A stretch of DNA of 63,663 bases, counting the filler, from Octopus bimaculoides (Eukaryota), in the NCBI RefSeq assembly GCF_001194135.2. It is 7 parts of 7 records of this genome, joined end to end, with 100 filler letters (N's around TTAATTAATTAA, not from the genome) between each part and the next. Parts side by side here need not be neighbours in the genome. Positions count along the whole stretch, not along the records: positions 17,414 to 48,208 come from NC_068993.1; positions 48,309 to 52,429 come from NC_068995.1; positions 52,530 to 55,393 come from NC_068999.1; 4 more parts are not named here. The stretch is one strand, 5' to 3'. A program made the translations under genes and the position numbers. Under the pieces are notes generated by a model, which saw only the letters and a program-made list of their open reading frames with translations, did no database searches and had not been told where the DNA came from. Shown here one piece after another: positions 39,152 through 53,520 of this stretch (positions are counted from its first letter, which is position 1; each line of letters starts with the position of its first letter).

Positions 39152-39924
39152 CAAGATATACGGCAGTTGGAATATCCTTGCCTTTCTTTCAGATTAATTT
39201 TGACAGAGTGAACAGAATAAAAAAAAAGTATACAGAACGTTATCAGGTGGATATTAAGTGGGTACTACCTCTGGATTGTTTATTTATTTATTTATTTTCA
39301 ACTTCTAAAGATTCAAGTTTTCAACTGAGACAAGATTGTCATGGTGCACTAACCAAAACTCCTTTAAGCAAACAAGGACAGATTAACTAAATTAACAAGT
39401 AACACACTCTTGATGGAGAATTCATCGAAGATAAAAAGACTAGCTCTGCATATTTATATTTAACTGAAGATTTTATGCTTTTCTATGAAATAATGTTGGT
39501 GAATTTTATTTTCAGGGCCATAATCTTATAGGCAAGACACACCAGCAACAATTATGAATGAAATTGATTAACATTTTCTGTCATATTCTTATAAAAGTTT
39601 CGTCGTTGGAACTTCGTAGAGTACATTTTGCCGACATTAAAAAGTTTTCAACAAAGATCACCCGCTTGATTATAAGAAACATATTTTACAACCAGTTTCT
39701 TGAGTGTTTCACAGACGATTACTTGGAATTTTTCTTTGACTTTACATATTATTTTTAAACGAATACTGTAAATGTTTCGCTTAAATGTAGGGCATTACTG
39801 ACCGATTCTTTGGTGTTTTGGAAACGTTTTATCTACAGTCTGACCCAATGTGCTACTAAAAAAATAGTTTTAAATATTTAGAGAATTTTTGTACTGCTTT
39901 AATAATAATTTATATAAATCATGA

Positions 39925-40001
<77 letters not shown>

Positions 40002-41426
40002 GTCTCTGTTTTATGAATTTGCTCTTGACTAGAGCAAGTGAATAACTCCGATACTTTTCAACACTGGCGTGATATATTGGGATTGGGTTTCGTCACTGCT
40101 CATTGTTTCTTTACTTTCAGGGGTAATAGAAAAAGGTTTTGGTGTATTCTAAGCAGAGCTGGTATATTCTACTCCAGTAAAGTTCTCATGACTCTAAATA
40201 AAAAGAAACCAATAAAAGTTATGTCAACTAGATTGCTTTCTGTTCCCTACGAATTTTAATGATTATCATTACATTATATCATCAGTTTAGATTTTCGGTT
40301 AGTTATTCCAGAGCACGGGTGTCAAGACTGTCATAAAACTATCGTATTCCGTACAAAAGTAGTGTCAGGTAGCATCTTTTAAGAAATATATAGACTTCAC
40401 TAATTACCCTATATTACATGCAATTTCAGCTTATATGAGCACAGACACGTTATCTAGTATTATTTGATATTAGTGTTAATTCATTAGCAGTTAATACATA
40501 ATTGTAATTTATTTGTTTTCATACTGGCATGAAGCCATAGCTTTATAAAACTGCTAATAAAATAGATAATAAAATAATAAATAAACAAATATATTATATA
40601 TATATATATGTACGTATNNNNNNNNNNNNNNNNNNNNNNNNNNNNNNNNNNNNNNNNNNNNNNNNNNNNNNNNNNNNNNNNNNNNNNNNNNNNNNNNNNN
40701 NNNNNNNNNNNNNNNNNNNNNNNNNNNNNNNNNNNNNNNNNNNNNNNNNNNNNNNNNNNNNNNNNNNNNNNNNNNNNNNNNNNNNNNNNNNNNNNNNNNN
40801 NNNNNNNNNNNNNNNNNNNNNNNNNNNNNNNNNNNNNNNNNNNNNNNNNNNNNNNNNNNATATATATATATATATATATACCTACATACAGTGGTAATAG
40901 TGGTGATTATGTGTTTCCTAAGAATATCAAAGTAATCAGTAATCTACACCATGAGGCTGAATTACTGGTATGTATCAAGTAATTGTTGAAGAGACTATTG
41001 AGAGTCATGTTATCCAAGACACGCCAGAAGAATTGTAGGCTGGATTCGTGGACGGTTTCCCACTATATTACAGTACATGCAACTTTTCAACTGAAGTGTT
41101 TGATAACGTTTCAATGATTATTTTTACGTTTTTTTTCCTTCTCTTCTTTTTATAGTTTCAAAGCACATAAGTGCTTGTGTTTGTTTACTGAAACGTAAGT
41201 ATTTTCACTTGAAATGCAAACAAACATAGTAAAAAGAAAACTGAAATGATTAACTTGAATACAACTAAATAACGTTACGTTATTTCTATTCTCATTTTAC
41301 ACGAGTAGCAAGAATATATCTACATATCCTTAACGTTGTGGTACACATACCGACCCTCGAGTGGAGATTAATGAAAAATGAAGCGGTTATCATTACTTTA
41401 AATAGTTGCGCATGTCTGTTACACGC

Positions 41427-41483
<57 letters not shown>

Positions 41484-42143
41484 ATATTCACACAGACACA
41501 CACATATATATATACGTACGTGCATACACACACATAATATTTATGCTTAAAAATAACATAATACTGGTGGAAAAATTAATCTGTCCCTGATAAATGGCAT
41601 CAGTTATCTTAATATAGCTTTAGCCGTAATAGTACGCATTTCCATTTTCAAAAATACTTCTCTAGAAGTACTTTAAATCTAAAATGACAGAATCAGCCAT
41701 GTAGATAAATAGATTCTTACATAGAGAGAGACAGACATAGATTGCTGTATCACTCTGAGAGCAGCCACACATACACATGCATACACGTGCGCGGGCGTAT
41801 ACGCACATACACACACATACACGCACACGCACCATCATCGCTAGAATAAAATGTTCCCTTTCAATTAAGAGTAATTATTTTCGAGAACGGAAGAGAAAAA
41901 AACAAAATCCAAGTGAAATTTATATATCAGAAATCTGAATCTCTCATTCCAATGTTTTTCTTTCAGTCAACAAACAGAAAAATTATCTCTAAATGTGAAG
42001 AGTGGCGTTGGAATAATATTTTACAAAATGAAATAATGATTACGTGTATCTTAACATGGAGTGGGGACAATTTAAATTGACTGTCTGCATAAGAAAGTAA
42101 GATCAGGAATTTATTGACGAAGAAACAAAGAGAAAACTATATC

Positions 42144-42176
<33 letters not shown>

Positions 42177-42239
42177 CATACATACATACATACGTACATA
42201 CATACATACATACATACATACATACATACATACATACAT

Positions 42240-42600
42240 GTGAAATGTACCAGTTAAGACCTCAATAAAATTTAAGCACAATAGACCTGATATAATGATT
42301 TGGGATGGAGAGAAACTATGCACAGTTGTGGAAATTAGCTGCCCAGCGGATGTTAACATAATGCTGAAGATCAGTGAAAAACAGAACACCTATGCTGAAC
42401 TATTGAGAAATCTGCAGTTACTCTATCCAGATTACAAGTTCAGGTTAATACCTGTAATTATTGGGGCCCTGGGTTATGTAATATTCTGCCTAAATACTAA
42501 TGAGAAATTAGGCTTCTCAAAACCACTGGCATTGGAAAAATCTGTGAAACTTTCTAGAAGTTTATCATTTAAACATATACGAGGATGTCTATATATGCAA
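42240..42600 (+). mobile_element. R4-clade REL endonuclease 3' fragment flanked by (TACA)n
   Basis: HNRPDIMIWD...VVEISCPAD...ELLRNLQLLYPDYKFRLIPVIIGALG (PD..ExSCP motif); same family as 24309-25020. Confidence 0.8.
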
Positions 42601-43029
42601 TTATATGCATGAGAATACATACATAAAACATACAAATGTGCACATGCATACATACATACATACATACATATGGAGAATTTGAAAAATAATTACAAATTAC
42701 TTAAAATTTAATTAAAACTCATGTAAAGTTTCAGTCCGGGTGATATTTGAACAAAGGCAACTACGTCAACGTGACTTTCGTGTATTCCAATAAGCAAAGT
42801 CATAATGTTAAAAATAATCATAAATTGACAATTGAAAAATCTTTTGCATGCATTTGGCCATTTGTTCGCCCAAAGAGAAGGACAGCAGTATGCTTGGAGG
42901 AACAAGGAGTGATGTCATCGTTTTAAATGTTTTTAAAGAACTACTTTCTTTTGCATGAGAATCATCTGGGTCTTTTATTGGAAAACAAACAGCGTAAGTA
43001 GAAAGTTCATGGGTGATTCTTTGATAGCA

Positions 43030-44506
43030 AGTATCTAGGGTGGATTGCTGTTGTGATTTCCTCCGGGCAGTTCAAAAGTGCTGCAATTCTTTATCACAAA
43101 GGCATCTCGCAAATGACAATTTTTTGAGAAATGGTATTGAGTTCACGCCAGTGACAATACATGTCCTTCAGCTTTTCTACAGATATGGCTCTTTTTCCAT
43201 TTTTAGCCACTTCTTCAGAGTTCACCCCGGTGTAATTCATTCAGCACATTGATAGACATTTCTCTTCTTTGTTTCTCAACTAAATCCGTCCTCTCCATAC
43301 ACTTCAAAATACTTAGAACTGCTCCAGAATACAAGTGTCTGTAATACAGGTTCTATCTCAAACATATGAAGATCTAGTGAAGAGAATACAACAGGCTACA
43401 ATGATCTTCAAGAAGGGGTAAAGTACTTAGAAAGAAGCACTTTCCATGATTTCAGTCTCAAATACACAGTATCTGCAATGGCGAGATGATTTTTCATAAC
43501 TCTTTTGTGTTACGTAAGTTAACGAAGTCGTTCCAAACTGGTCCTAAATATGTGTGGGTATTATTTTCGAATGCATGCACTCTCTTGCTTATCAAGGAGC
43601 TGTTGCATAAAAGTAATATCAGGGACGAAAATGGATTCTGATGAAGTCAAACTCCTGTGGCATTTGCTTTATGATGTTAGGAGAGTGTGCTGAAGCATTA
43701 TCTGTAATTTATTGAAAAAGAATCCTCGCTGACGTTGTCTCGTTGAGTTGGAGCAAGCACGTCAAGGAAAGAAGCAGTCTCCTTGTAACCCAAGCTTCTG
43801 TTGGAAGTCCATTTAGCACTGGGCTTGTTCTTGGTAATGTTATTGATACTCTGGGGTATTCTGAATAACACACTAAGAATTACTGCAGAAAAGTAATTTT
43901 AGCCTTTCTTTCATCGGTTTATGTTATGACAATCTGGTTTCCTTTAATATAAAGTTGGTCTTCCTGAGCATTTTATAAAAACTGAGAAGCCACATTACAG
44001 TCAAATTCCGATGAGAAGGCAAATTACTCTCCTTCAAACGTTTGCAATTTTCTGTACAATAAATTCCTGCAGAAACAGAGTCTGAGCTGGCAGCTTCGCC
44101 ATAACTCGCAACACTGTTTACCAGAACGGTTTTTCACTGATTCGAACCACCCTTTACTGGCTTTCCGCCATTAGTTATAAGAGCACCTACATCAAGCTGT
44201 TCATTAACAAACTTAGCTTTTCACAAGTAAATGATTCATTCAGCTAATTGTTTTTCTATGATCCACTTTAATAAGACACTTTCAATTTTGTCCGTGCGTA
44301 ATACACATGTGTTACTCAGCTGCATCTGCTCTTTACCACTATTACATGTTTTTGCGCATTCGTTTTCTACAAAATGGCACAATTTATAGATTTGACAATT
44401 TCGTTCTTACCTTTTAAGATCACATATACTGACACCAGACTTTTTCGTAGAAATAAGCTAACTTCTATAGTAATGTTCATTCTTGCAAGCATTGTTTTTT
44501 GGGCAT
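43030..44506 (-). mobile_element. pogo/Tigger (CENP-B-like) transposase pseudogene
   Basis: MPK...ITIEV...KWIIEKQLA...GWF...SYGEAASSD...HKPM-ERLKLLFCSNS...AWVTR...DNASAH; many stops and frameshifts. Confidence 0.75.
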
Positions 44507-45968
44507 GGTGAATATTTTATTAAATAGAGCCCTCTACTAACGTTTTTCTCTGGCAAAAAACAATACTACTAGTAAAAAGAAGAAGCACAATGTGGTCTCA
44601 CACTCGAGGTAACACGTGGTAAACTAAAAGCTTCGTAGTTGTTTTAAGTTGTTTTTTTAAACGTATTATTAAAACAGAGTGAGGAGAAAGGGAAATACTC
44701 TAACATAAGTAATCGAAGAAAACTTACATTTTGTTGATTTTTATTTAATTGTTTCGTGCGAAATTTTTTGTTGTTTTGATTTTATTCGCAGTCTTCCCGT
44801 TATATCCCTTCACTATGGCCTCGCATTTTATTTTTAGTGCATCTAAAATATTTCATGCAACCGAGTCATACACGTTAGTTCCCTCATAGATAACTATATA
44901 ACTGCCAAATTAAGCATAGCAATTATTTTTGAATCGAAGGTAAAATATCAACTGACTTTGCTCAATCATATATCAATTGCTAGAAACAAGGAAATGAAGA
45001 ATGCTACCAACTTATCCAGATATATAGGGCATTTGAAAGAACAACGTGTTGATTAGTTTGAGAGCAGTTAGGCAATTATCAAATAGACCTCACCTACATA
45101 AGTAATAGGTCATAAGTTATGCAGCGTAGAGAAATGTATTCAATGACTAAGCAACTATGTAATTTAAATAAAAAGACTGAGATAACGTCAACATTCAGTC
45201 TAGAAAATATGTACTCGGAAAATTAGTACCTCATTGGTCAATAGACCTAAATAATGAGATCAAATGGGAGTTTACAACGACACTATCTCGCAGCAACAAT
45301 TACTGTTAGTAAATCCGACAGCATTTCAAACATACTTCATCGATATATCATCAGATGTAAGTCTAACCAACAACATTTTTATGAAGCCATATATTTGATT
45401 TCAATACACAATAGACATATTGAATATTGAATAAATGAAGCGTTAAATTCATTGAAATACTAGCCCGAGTTTCACCCTTTTGGCTGTTCATTCGGATGAC
45501 TAGCAATCGTCTTTGCTATTAGGCGAAAGCAACAATATACATACTCACAAAAACATTCACGCGTCTCAAATCATCGAAATACAGACACATTTATACACGC
45601 ACACACACGCTTACTTACACACATACACAATCACAAATATTTATTCACGTATATATGTGTCCCTTCTTTCTTCAATTTTCTGTCATTATGTATATGGATA
45701 TATTTCTCTGTCTCTCTCTCACTCTAACGATCAATTTTTACATTGCGACACTTCTCCATTTCTTTGCGCACACATACAAATATATATGCATTTATACATA
45801 CATACATAGATACACACATACATACATACATACATACATACATACATACATACATACATACATGCATATGTATGTACATGTGTGTAATATACAGATGCAT
45901 ATATGAGTACGTATGTATGTATATGCATACATATATCTATATATTATCCACATACATTAGGATATGGA

Positions 45969-46028
<60 letters not shown>

Positions 46029-46421
46029 CATACCTATATATTGCACACATATATAAGCACATGTATAGTTACTTCGTCTTTGTATTTGGTTTGCAAGACT
46101 CATTATGTGAATTCATGTTTTGAAACAAATTTTGTAAATATATACGCATACATACATACACACATACATACATACACACACACACATACATACATACATA
46201 CATACATACATACATACATACATTCATACATACATACATACATACATATAGACGGACAGACAGACACACACACAGACAGGCAGGCAGACATATATACATA
46301 CACATATATTTATATAGACGTTTATACTTAGAGGCGCAGATATTAACTGTGATGATTAAAAGTTTACGAGGTTCCTGGTTTGAGTCTGCGGCGGGACACT
46401 TTGGACGTGTGATTTTTACTG

Positions 46422-46462
<41 letters not shown>

Positions 46463-46948
46463 GCGTGTGCGTGTGTGTATTTGTGCACATACACGCGCAC
46501 TCAGCTGTATCAAGGTGCGTTTCTGTATGTGAAAATGTTTTATAGACATTCGACATTTATTTATAAAATAAATGTCAATCTGAATAAATATCAAGTTCGT
46601 TATGGTTCACGAAAAAGCCTTGAGAGTATTGCTACAGAATGATTGCACCCCGGTTGTCAAAGTCCCATAAAGAATAAATCTTATATGGACATACTGTTAA
46701 GATTTTTAACTGTTTCAATCATCGGACTACAGCCATACTAAGTCTCTGTTTTCAACTGTTGAGGAAATCGCTTCAAGTACTTAAAGGCTGGTACTTAACT
46801 CTTAGACGCAAAAGAAAAAAAACAAAAAACAACGATGATCTGGCAAACGAACACAAAAATGTAGGCATCCGCATAAACGCATACACAAATAAACACATGC
46901 ACGCACACACACGCCCTCAGCACAGACACAGAAACACAACACACACTC

Positions 46949-46990
<42 letters not shown>

Positions 46991-46991
46991 T

Positions 46992-47310
46992 TCTCTTTTA
47001 ATCTTTTACTTGTTTCAGTCATTTGACTGCGGCCATGCTGGAGCACCGCCTTTAGTCGAGCAAATCAACCCCAAGACTTATTCTTAAGGTAAGCCTAGTA
47101 CTTATTCTACTGGTCNNNNNNNNNNNNNNNNNNNNNNNNNNNNNNNNNNNNNNNNNNNNNNNNNNNNNNNNNNNNNNNNNNNNNNNNNNNNNNNNNNNNN
47201 NNNNNNNNNNNNNNNNNNNNNNNNNNNNNNNNNNNNNNNNNNNNNNNNNNNNNNNNNNNNNNNNNNNNNNNNNNNNNNNNNNNNNNNNNNNNNNNNNNNN
47301 NNNNNNCACA

Positions 47311-47342
<32 letters not shown>

Positions 47343-47508
47343 TACACATATATACGACGGGCTTCTTTCAGTTTTTGTCTACCAAATCCACTCACAAGGC
47401 TTTGGTGGACCCGAGGCTATAGTAGAAGACTCTTGCCCAAGATGCCACGCAGTGGGACTGAACCCGGAACCATGTGGTTGGTAAGCAAGCTACTCACCAC
47501 ACAGCCAC
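46992..47508 (-). mobile_element. SINE family B (spans a gap)
   Basis: Homology to 12270-12679. Confidence 0.85.
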
Positions 47509-47580
47509 ATGACGGTATTCCACACAATTTTCGTCAACCAAATTCGCGCGCAAGTTATGAGTCGTTCCATGCTTATATTG

Positions 47581-47773
47581 ATTTGAAATTTTGGCAGAAC
47601 GCCAGCAATTTCGTGGGAAGAGGTAAGTCGATTACATCGACCCCAGTACTCAACACCTACTTATTCATCCCCGAAAGGAGCAAGGGCAAATTTTAACTCA
47701 GAACTTGAAGGCAGACGAAATACCACTAAGCATTTCGCCCGGCGTACGAACGATTCTGCCAGCTCACAGCCTT
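47581..47773 (-). mobile_element. SINE family A
   Basis: Homology to the A copies. Confidence 0.8.
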
Positions 47774-48167
47774 ATCTCATGATTATATTAGAAGGCTTTT
47801 GCCAAAGCAATTACACAATAGGACTGAATCTAAAACCACGTGGTCGCTAAGGGAACTTTCTAGCCACTAATCTATCCATGCCTTCTTAAAAGTTTGAGTG
47901 TTTCAAAATATTTCCCGCCATATCACTCTCCCCCACCATCGCATTCTGTCTGCCTGCATGACTTTCTGTCGTCCTGGCAGCGTGTTTGTCCGTGTGATGT
48001 CTATCTAAAAAAACTAGCAACATAGTTTATAAACTTGTTTTAAATATATTTGTATGTTGTTTGGTCGTTGTGTTTTGAAATATTGAATTACAGTTTCTTT
48101 GTTTAACTGCGCAGCTATAGGACGAGCACGCACATGCATGCATGCATAGATACATAGGTTTAAATAT

Positions 48168-48208
<41 letters not shown>

Positions 48209-48591
48209 NNNNNNNNNNNNNNNNNNNNNNNNNNNNNNNNNNNNNNNNNNNNTTAATTAATTAANNNNNNNNNNNNNNNNNNNNNNNNNNNNNNNNNNNN
48301 NNNNNNNNCGTACTGTCAAGCGTCTCTCCGCTTTGTCATCCCTCTTTCTGGATTGTCAGCAAGTCTTTCCCTGCAGCAGTATCTGAGGAATTTCAACCAT
48401 GTTTCGTGGTCTGCTACCACAACAGCTCCTTTATAGGATCCAGTTAGCTGAAGACATCATCAGGAGGAACCACGTCCAGTTTCGGCCCTTACTCCTCTAC
48501 CGTTTTGACGTGGCGGGGCCCCTCCTTTCGGAGGTGTCTTCAGCTCTGGTGTTGGGTGCATGTCTTCTTTCTTCTATTCCCTGGCCTCTTC

Positions 48592-50783
48592 GATGCAGCA
48601 ACAAGTATTTTTCATCAAGCATATGTCAAGGTGTATTTTGTATAGTTTTTAATGCTGATTTCAAATATACAATTAGTTTTTTGATATCACGTAATTTTCA
48701 AGATGAGAAAGTTTTTGGTTTTAACTCATGCATTGTATAGAAATTCCAATTAATGACATGTATTCATGTATATTGTATACATCATGAAACATACCCTTAA
48801 AATTAACTACATTAGTCATTGATGTACAGTTCAGATGCAATATTTTGTCATCTTAGTTTTGTCTGATGAAATAGGTATTTCAATATCACAAATTGTCCAG
48901 TCACAATTGGTCTGATGAAATATTTCATCATCTTAAATTCAATATAAGTATAACCGTGGACAATTTATTGTGAAAGCTCAAAAACGCTGAACATCAGACA
49001 TCAAGATGATTATAAGCTATGTTATGGTCACCACATTTTTATCTGCTCAGATTGCTCAAATGGCTTACATGACTGGTTCGATAAGAAATCCATGCCTTTT
49101 GTTATTCCAATGAAATGGAGCCGAAAGACCATTTTAATGACTGTTATCTTTGCAAAGTAATGTCACAGGATTTTCTATGAAGAATAAATACAAAATTGTG
49201 TATCCCAATTTGGATTCTGCAATGGGACCTGTGCCTCACGATGGAAGTGTCACAATTCCAATTCTACCAGATGATGGTATTGAAACATAAGACGGTGATG
49301 CTGATTGTCACGATAGTGCTACTGAGGAAGATTACGTGGCTGATGATGATAGCTTTGAACCCCAGAAATTTTCCGAAGCTGAACTGAACGACCTTGTCAG
49401 AGACCTATCCCTCTCAAAAGATAAATCGGAATTGTTGGCATCAAGATTGAAGGAAAAGGATCTGCTAGAGCACAGTGTTCATTTAACTTATTTTCGGTAG
49501 AGAAATGTGGTTCTACAAATGTATTTGTCTGTTGAAGGCTCGCTTTGCTTCTGCAGTAACATCAATGAACTTTTCGAATGTTTATTACAAAATCTTGATC
49601 CTGCTGAGTGGCGTTTGTTTATTGACTCTTCAAAGCTGTTTAATGGTAACTTGAAGCCCTCCATTTCTATTGCACACTCCGTTCATCTCATCTTCATGAA
49701 TAATATGAGAATACGGAACTTTACTGCATGCTATTGCTTCTGAAATATACTCATGGAAAATATGTGGAAATTTAAAAGTCATTGGAATGTTAAAGGGAAT
49801 GCAGTCAGGTTTCACAAAATACTGTTGTTTCTTGTGTCTATGGGATAGTCGGGAAACTGATAGACATTATTCGGAATCAAACTGGCAGACAAGAACATCA
49901 TACTAGCCAGGACTGTCTAGCGTCAATAATACATCTCTTGTAGATCCATGAAATGTCCTATTGCCACCTTTGCACATAATGTTTGGACAGTTTGTAAAGA
50001 AACCAGGGAAGAGAAATGCCAGAGGGTTTGCGTATATTGTAGAAAAGTTTCCCAAAATCACACAGGCGAAGTTGAAAAAGGATATCTTTGTCGGACCCCA
50101 AATTCAAGGCTACACTATAAACTACAAGTCAACACTTGACGAACTGGAACTGCCTACCTGGAATGCTTTCAATTGGACCTGTGAGAATTTCTGGGGCAAC
50201 AAGAAAGCAATGGACTACAAGGATGGCATCAAGAATCTTCTGAAATATTACTCAGCAATGGGTTGTCGCATGTCACTGAAATTTCACTTCTTTGATTCCC
50301 ATCTGGATTTCTTCGCAGATAACCGTGGAGAAATGTCTGATGAACATGGTGAAAGATTTCAACAGGACATTAGTGCTATGGACAAACGACTTCTGGAATG
50401 ACAGTATGCTGGTTAACTACTGCCAGACACTTTACCGTGATCAACCAGATCAGGAACACCGCAGGAAAACCAAATCACATGTTTCTAACTTTGTTTTCCT
50501 AATTTTGTTTTGTCTGACCCATTTTTTGTGTGTATTTACTCTTTGTAGAATGATAGTGATAATTTTTAACTCTGTAAACTCATTTACTTTCTAAAAGTTA
50601 ACATGCCCTTATTTGTTACGTTAATGATTCCATATATAAAAATATGTAAATATTTGCATGTATCTAGGGAAAAACTGATCAGTGCTACATACAGAGTGAA
50701 AGTTTGAAATCAGCATAAAAAAATAGTCTAAAAAAGTTGGCTTGCATTCATGAGTATAATACATTTAATCTTGTTGACCAGTG
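48592..50783 (+). mobile_element. Chapaev3 (CMC superfamily) DNA transposon, near full length, transposase pseudogene about 48940-50450
   Basis: ICSDCSNGLHDW..KKSMPFVIPMKW/KDHFNDCYLC, ELNDLVRDLSLSKDKSELLASRLKEK, EWRLFIDSSK, CCFLCLWDSR, LPPLHI, MSLKFHFFDSHLDFF, SDEHGERFQQDI. Right end reads CACTGGTCAACAAG on the minus strand; left end CAACAAG...ATGCTGATTTCAAA mirrors TTTGAAATCAGCAT at 50703. Confidence 0.85.
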
Positions 50784-50818
50784 TTATTATTGTTATTATT
50801 ATAATTATTATCATTATT

Positions 50819-52000
50819 CAGCAGTCTTATTTTTATCACATGCTTTCACTACATTACCGAGCGCAGCTCTGTGTGCCTTGAGTATGTGCTGTAGTTTGTT
50901 GTGATGCTCTTATTTTTACTGTATTGAAAGTGTTTTGCGTAGGATGTGTGCGTGCCTAGTAGTGCTATTTTCTGTATGTTACATATACTTGTTAGTCCTG
51001 GTGTTTTTGTTATGCATTTGTCTGAATACTTTTTATCATAACTAATGCGCCTGCTATGATAGGAACTGTTTCTGCTTTTAGGCTCCACATTCGAGTTACC
51101 TCTATTTCCAGGTCTTTGTATTTTGAAAGTTTTTCCATTTCTTTTAGAGAAACGTTGTCATCTGTTGGTATTGATACATCGATTAGAAAGCAATTTTTGT
51201 TGGTGATCCCTGACAACTATATCCGGCCTATTGGCTTTAATTTCTCTATCTGTGTGTATTGGCATATCCCAGAGTATGGTTGCTGTCTCATTTTCTGCGA
51301 CCTTTTCTGGAGTCTGCCTGTACCATCTTTTTTCTGTTGTTATTCCATAGTATTGGTATAGCTTACAGTGTATATAGGTCCCAACTTTGTCGTGTCTGTG
51401 AATATTCCAGAGACAATATAAATTATTGTTTCTTCTCCATCTCTACACATTTTGCAGTTACGGGTTGTATTTCTTTCCGTTACATGTTTTTGGTTATTTC
51501 TGGTGGGAAGGCTTTGATTTTGTGCTGCAATTAAAAATCTTTCAATCTCTGCTTTGAGTGCTCAGCTTCTCAACCAGTGTTGTGAATTTACTTTGTCTAT
51601 TTCTTTTCTGTTTAGTTTAACCCAGTATTTGCCATGAAGGGGCTTTTCTTGCCAATGTTTTATCATGATCCGTTGCTGTTCCAGTTTTAGTTTGGATTTC
51701 AGTTGTTTTAAAGCTTATGTTGTTTCTTCTTTTTCTTCATAATTGTTAGGTCCTATGACCTTTTTTGTATTTGTCAGCATCCTTAAAGAGTGAAAACAGA
51801 TTTTTGTTTTGTTCGTGTTTTGTTACTGTTTGTATTAGTTTTCCTAGGTGTTTCTGTAGACCTATGGTGGTTATTTTGTAATAGTTTTCTAGCTGTATAA
51901 GGCCTCTACCACTTTCGATACGTTGTATATATAACCATTCTATGTCAGACTTTGGGTGGTGCATTCTAAATCCTGTCATTATTTTTTGTTTTCCTGCCTA
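50819..52000 (-). mobile_element. Dong/R4-like retrotransposon (family Y), 5'-truncated, between (ATT)n arrays
   Basis: HHPKSDIEWLY...GRGL, CCHC knuckle, RHNKVG...ILWDMPIHTD..IKANRPDIVV...CFLIDVSIP...KYKDLEIE. Confidence 0.9.
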
Positions 52001-52009
52001 TCATTATTA

Positions 52010-52062
<53 letters not shown>

Positions 52063-52068
52063 ATTGTT

Positions 52069-52429
52069 CAGTAGGTTTATTTTTATAACGTGCTTTCACT
52101 AAACTACCGAGCGCAGCTCTGTGTGCCTTGGGTATGTGCTGTGGTTTGCTGTGATGCTCTTATGGTTACTGTATTGAAAGTGTTTTGCGTAGGATGTGTG
52201 CAGTGCCCAGTAGTGCAATGTTCTGTATGTTATATATATTTGTAAGTCCTGGTGTTTTTGTTATGTATTTGTCTGAATATTTTTTTATTATACCTAAGGC
52301 ACCTACTATGATAGGAATTGTTTCTGTTTTTAGATTCCACATTCGAGTTATCTCTATTTCCAGGTCTTTGTATTTTGAAAGTTTTTCCATTTCTTTTAGA
52401 GAAACGTTGTCATCTGCTGGTATTGAAAC
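52069..52429 (-). mobile_element. Second Dong/R4-like family Y copy in tandem, runs into the spacer
   Basis: MEKLSKYKDLEIEITRMWNLKTETIPIIVGALG...ILRKTLSIQ*. Confidence 0.9.
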
Positions 52430-52581
52430 NNNNNNNNNNNNNNNNNNNNNNNNNNNNNNNNNNNNNNNNNNNNTTAATTAATTAANNNNNNNNNNNNNNN
52501 NNNNNNNNNNNNNNNNNNNNNNNNNNNNNTATATATATACATACATATACATGATGCATGCATACATATATAATACACACA

Positions 52582-52612
<31 letters not shown>

Positions 52613-52629
52613 GCATATATATATATATA

Positions 52630-53520
52630 TATACAGGACGTCACCAACTGTGTAAACAACATGAAGTACGAAAACAAACGAGTTAAATACGCAAACAACG
52701 AGAGAAAAAATAGAACACTGTACAAGTAACATAAAGAACGACTATTTATCAGTTGTCGGCAGTCTATCTACTCCTCATTTCGTGCTTTCAAAAACAAAAT
52801 GAGTCTTCGAAGACAGTTGCTCTCATAAATTCCAAAATAAAATTTCGGTTGTATGGAGGGTCAAAGTTGGCAACAAAAACAGGACAGTAAAGACATACTA
52901 GGAAACCGAATTTGAACTAACATTGTAAAACGTCTGATAGACTCCATCATAAAAAGTGCAGAGCCATCACCAATACAAAATATGGCGACAGCCATTCATG
53001 ATAGACACGTAAAGCAGAATGCAACATACTTGGTTAGAAATATATCGAACTGCGCGAAATATTGCAAATGTGTTTTTGTTTTCGTCTAGCACAAGATCAG
53101 TGTGAACGAACATTCAATCGTTGTTATTCCATCTATATCCATTACATTTCGTAATGTGTAGGAAAACAAAGGTCTCCATTATCCCGTATGTAAGATTTGA
53201 AATTTTAACGTGTAATTTCTCGCATGCAGAGCGAACGTGTATTTCTCTCTGATAATGTCAACAAAAACCTAACCAGAAGACCTGTACGTGTTTTACCAAA
53301 GTCAGGTAATTTTTCGAATCGTCCCCTTCAAAATCGATATGTGAGACACTAATTTGTCATCTTGTTTCCGTCAATGTACCACATAGGAAAGTCACCTGAC
53401 ACTATTTCAATTTTACAATTATTAATATTTCTTGATTGCTTTCTATTTTCATTCTAACCAAAATGAGCCTCAATATATCACTTGATTTGCGTGAAGTAGT
53501 GATCAACTTTCCCTCCAGCC
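52630..53520 (-). mobile_element. Possible highly decayed PLE 3' part (GIY-YIG relic plus tail)
   Basis: GKTRTGLLVRF / LHARNYTLKFQIL fragments; hammerhead-like TTATGA-GAGC...GCAC-GAAA at 52770-52830. Confidence 0.35.
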
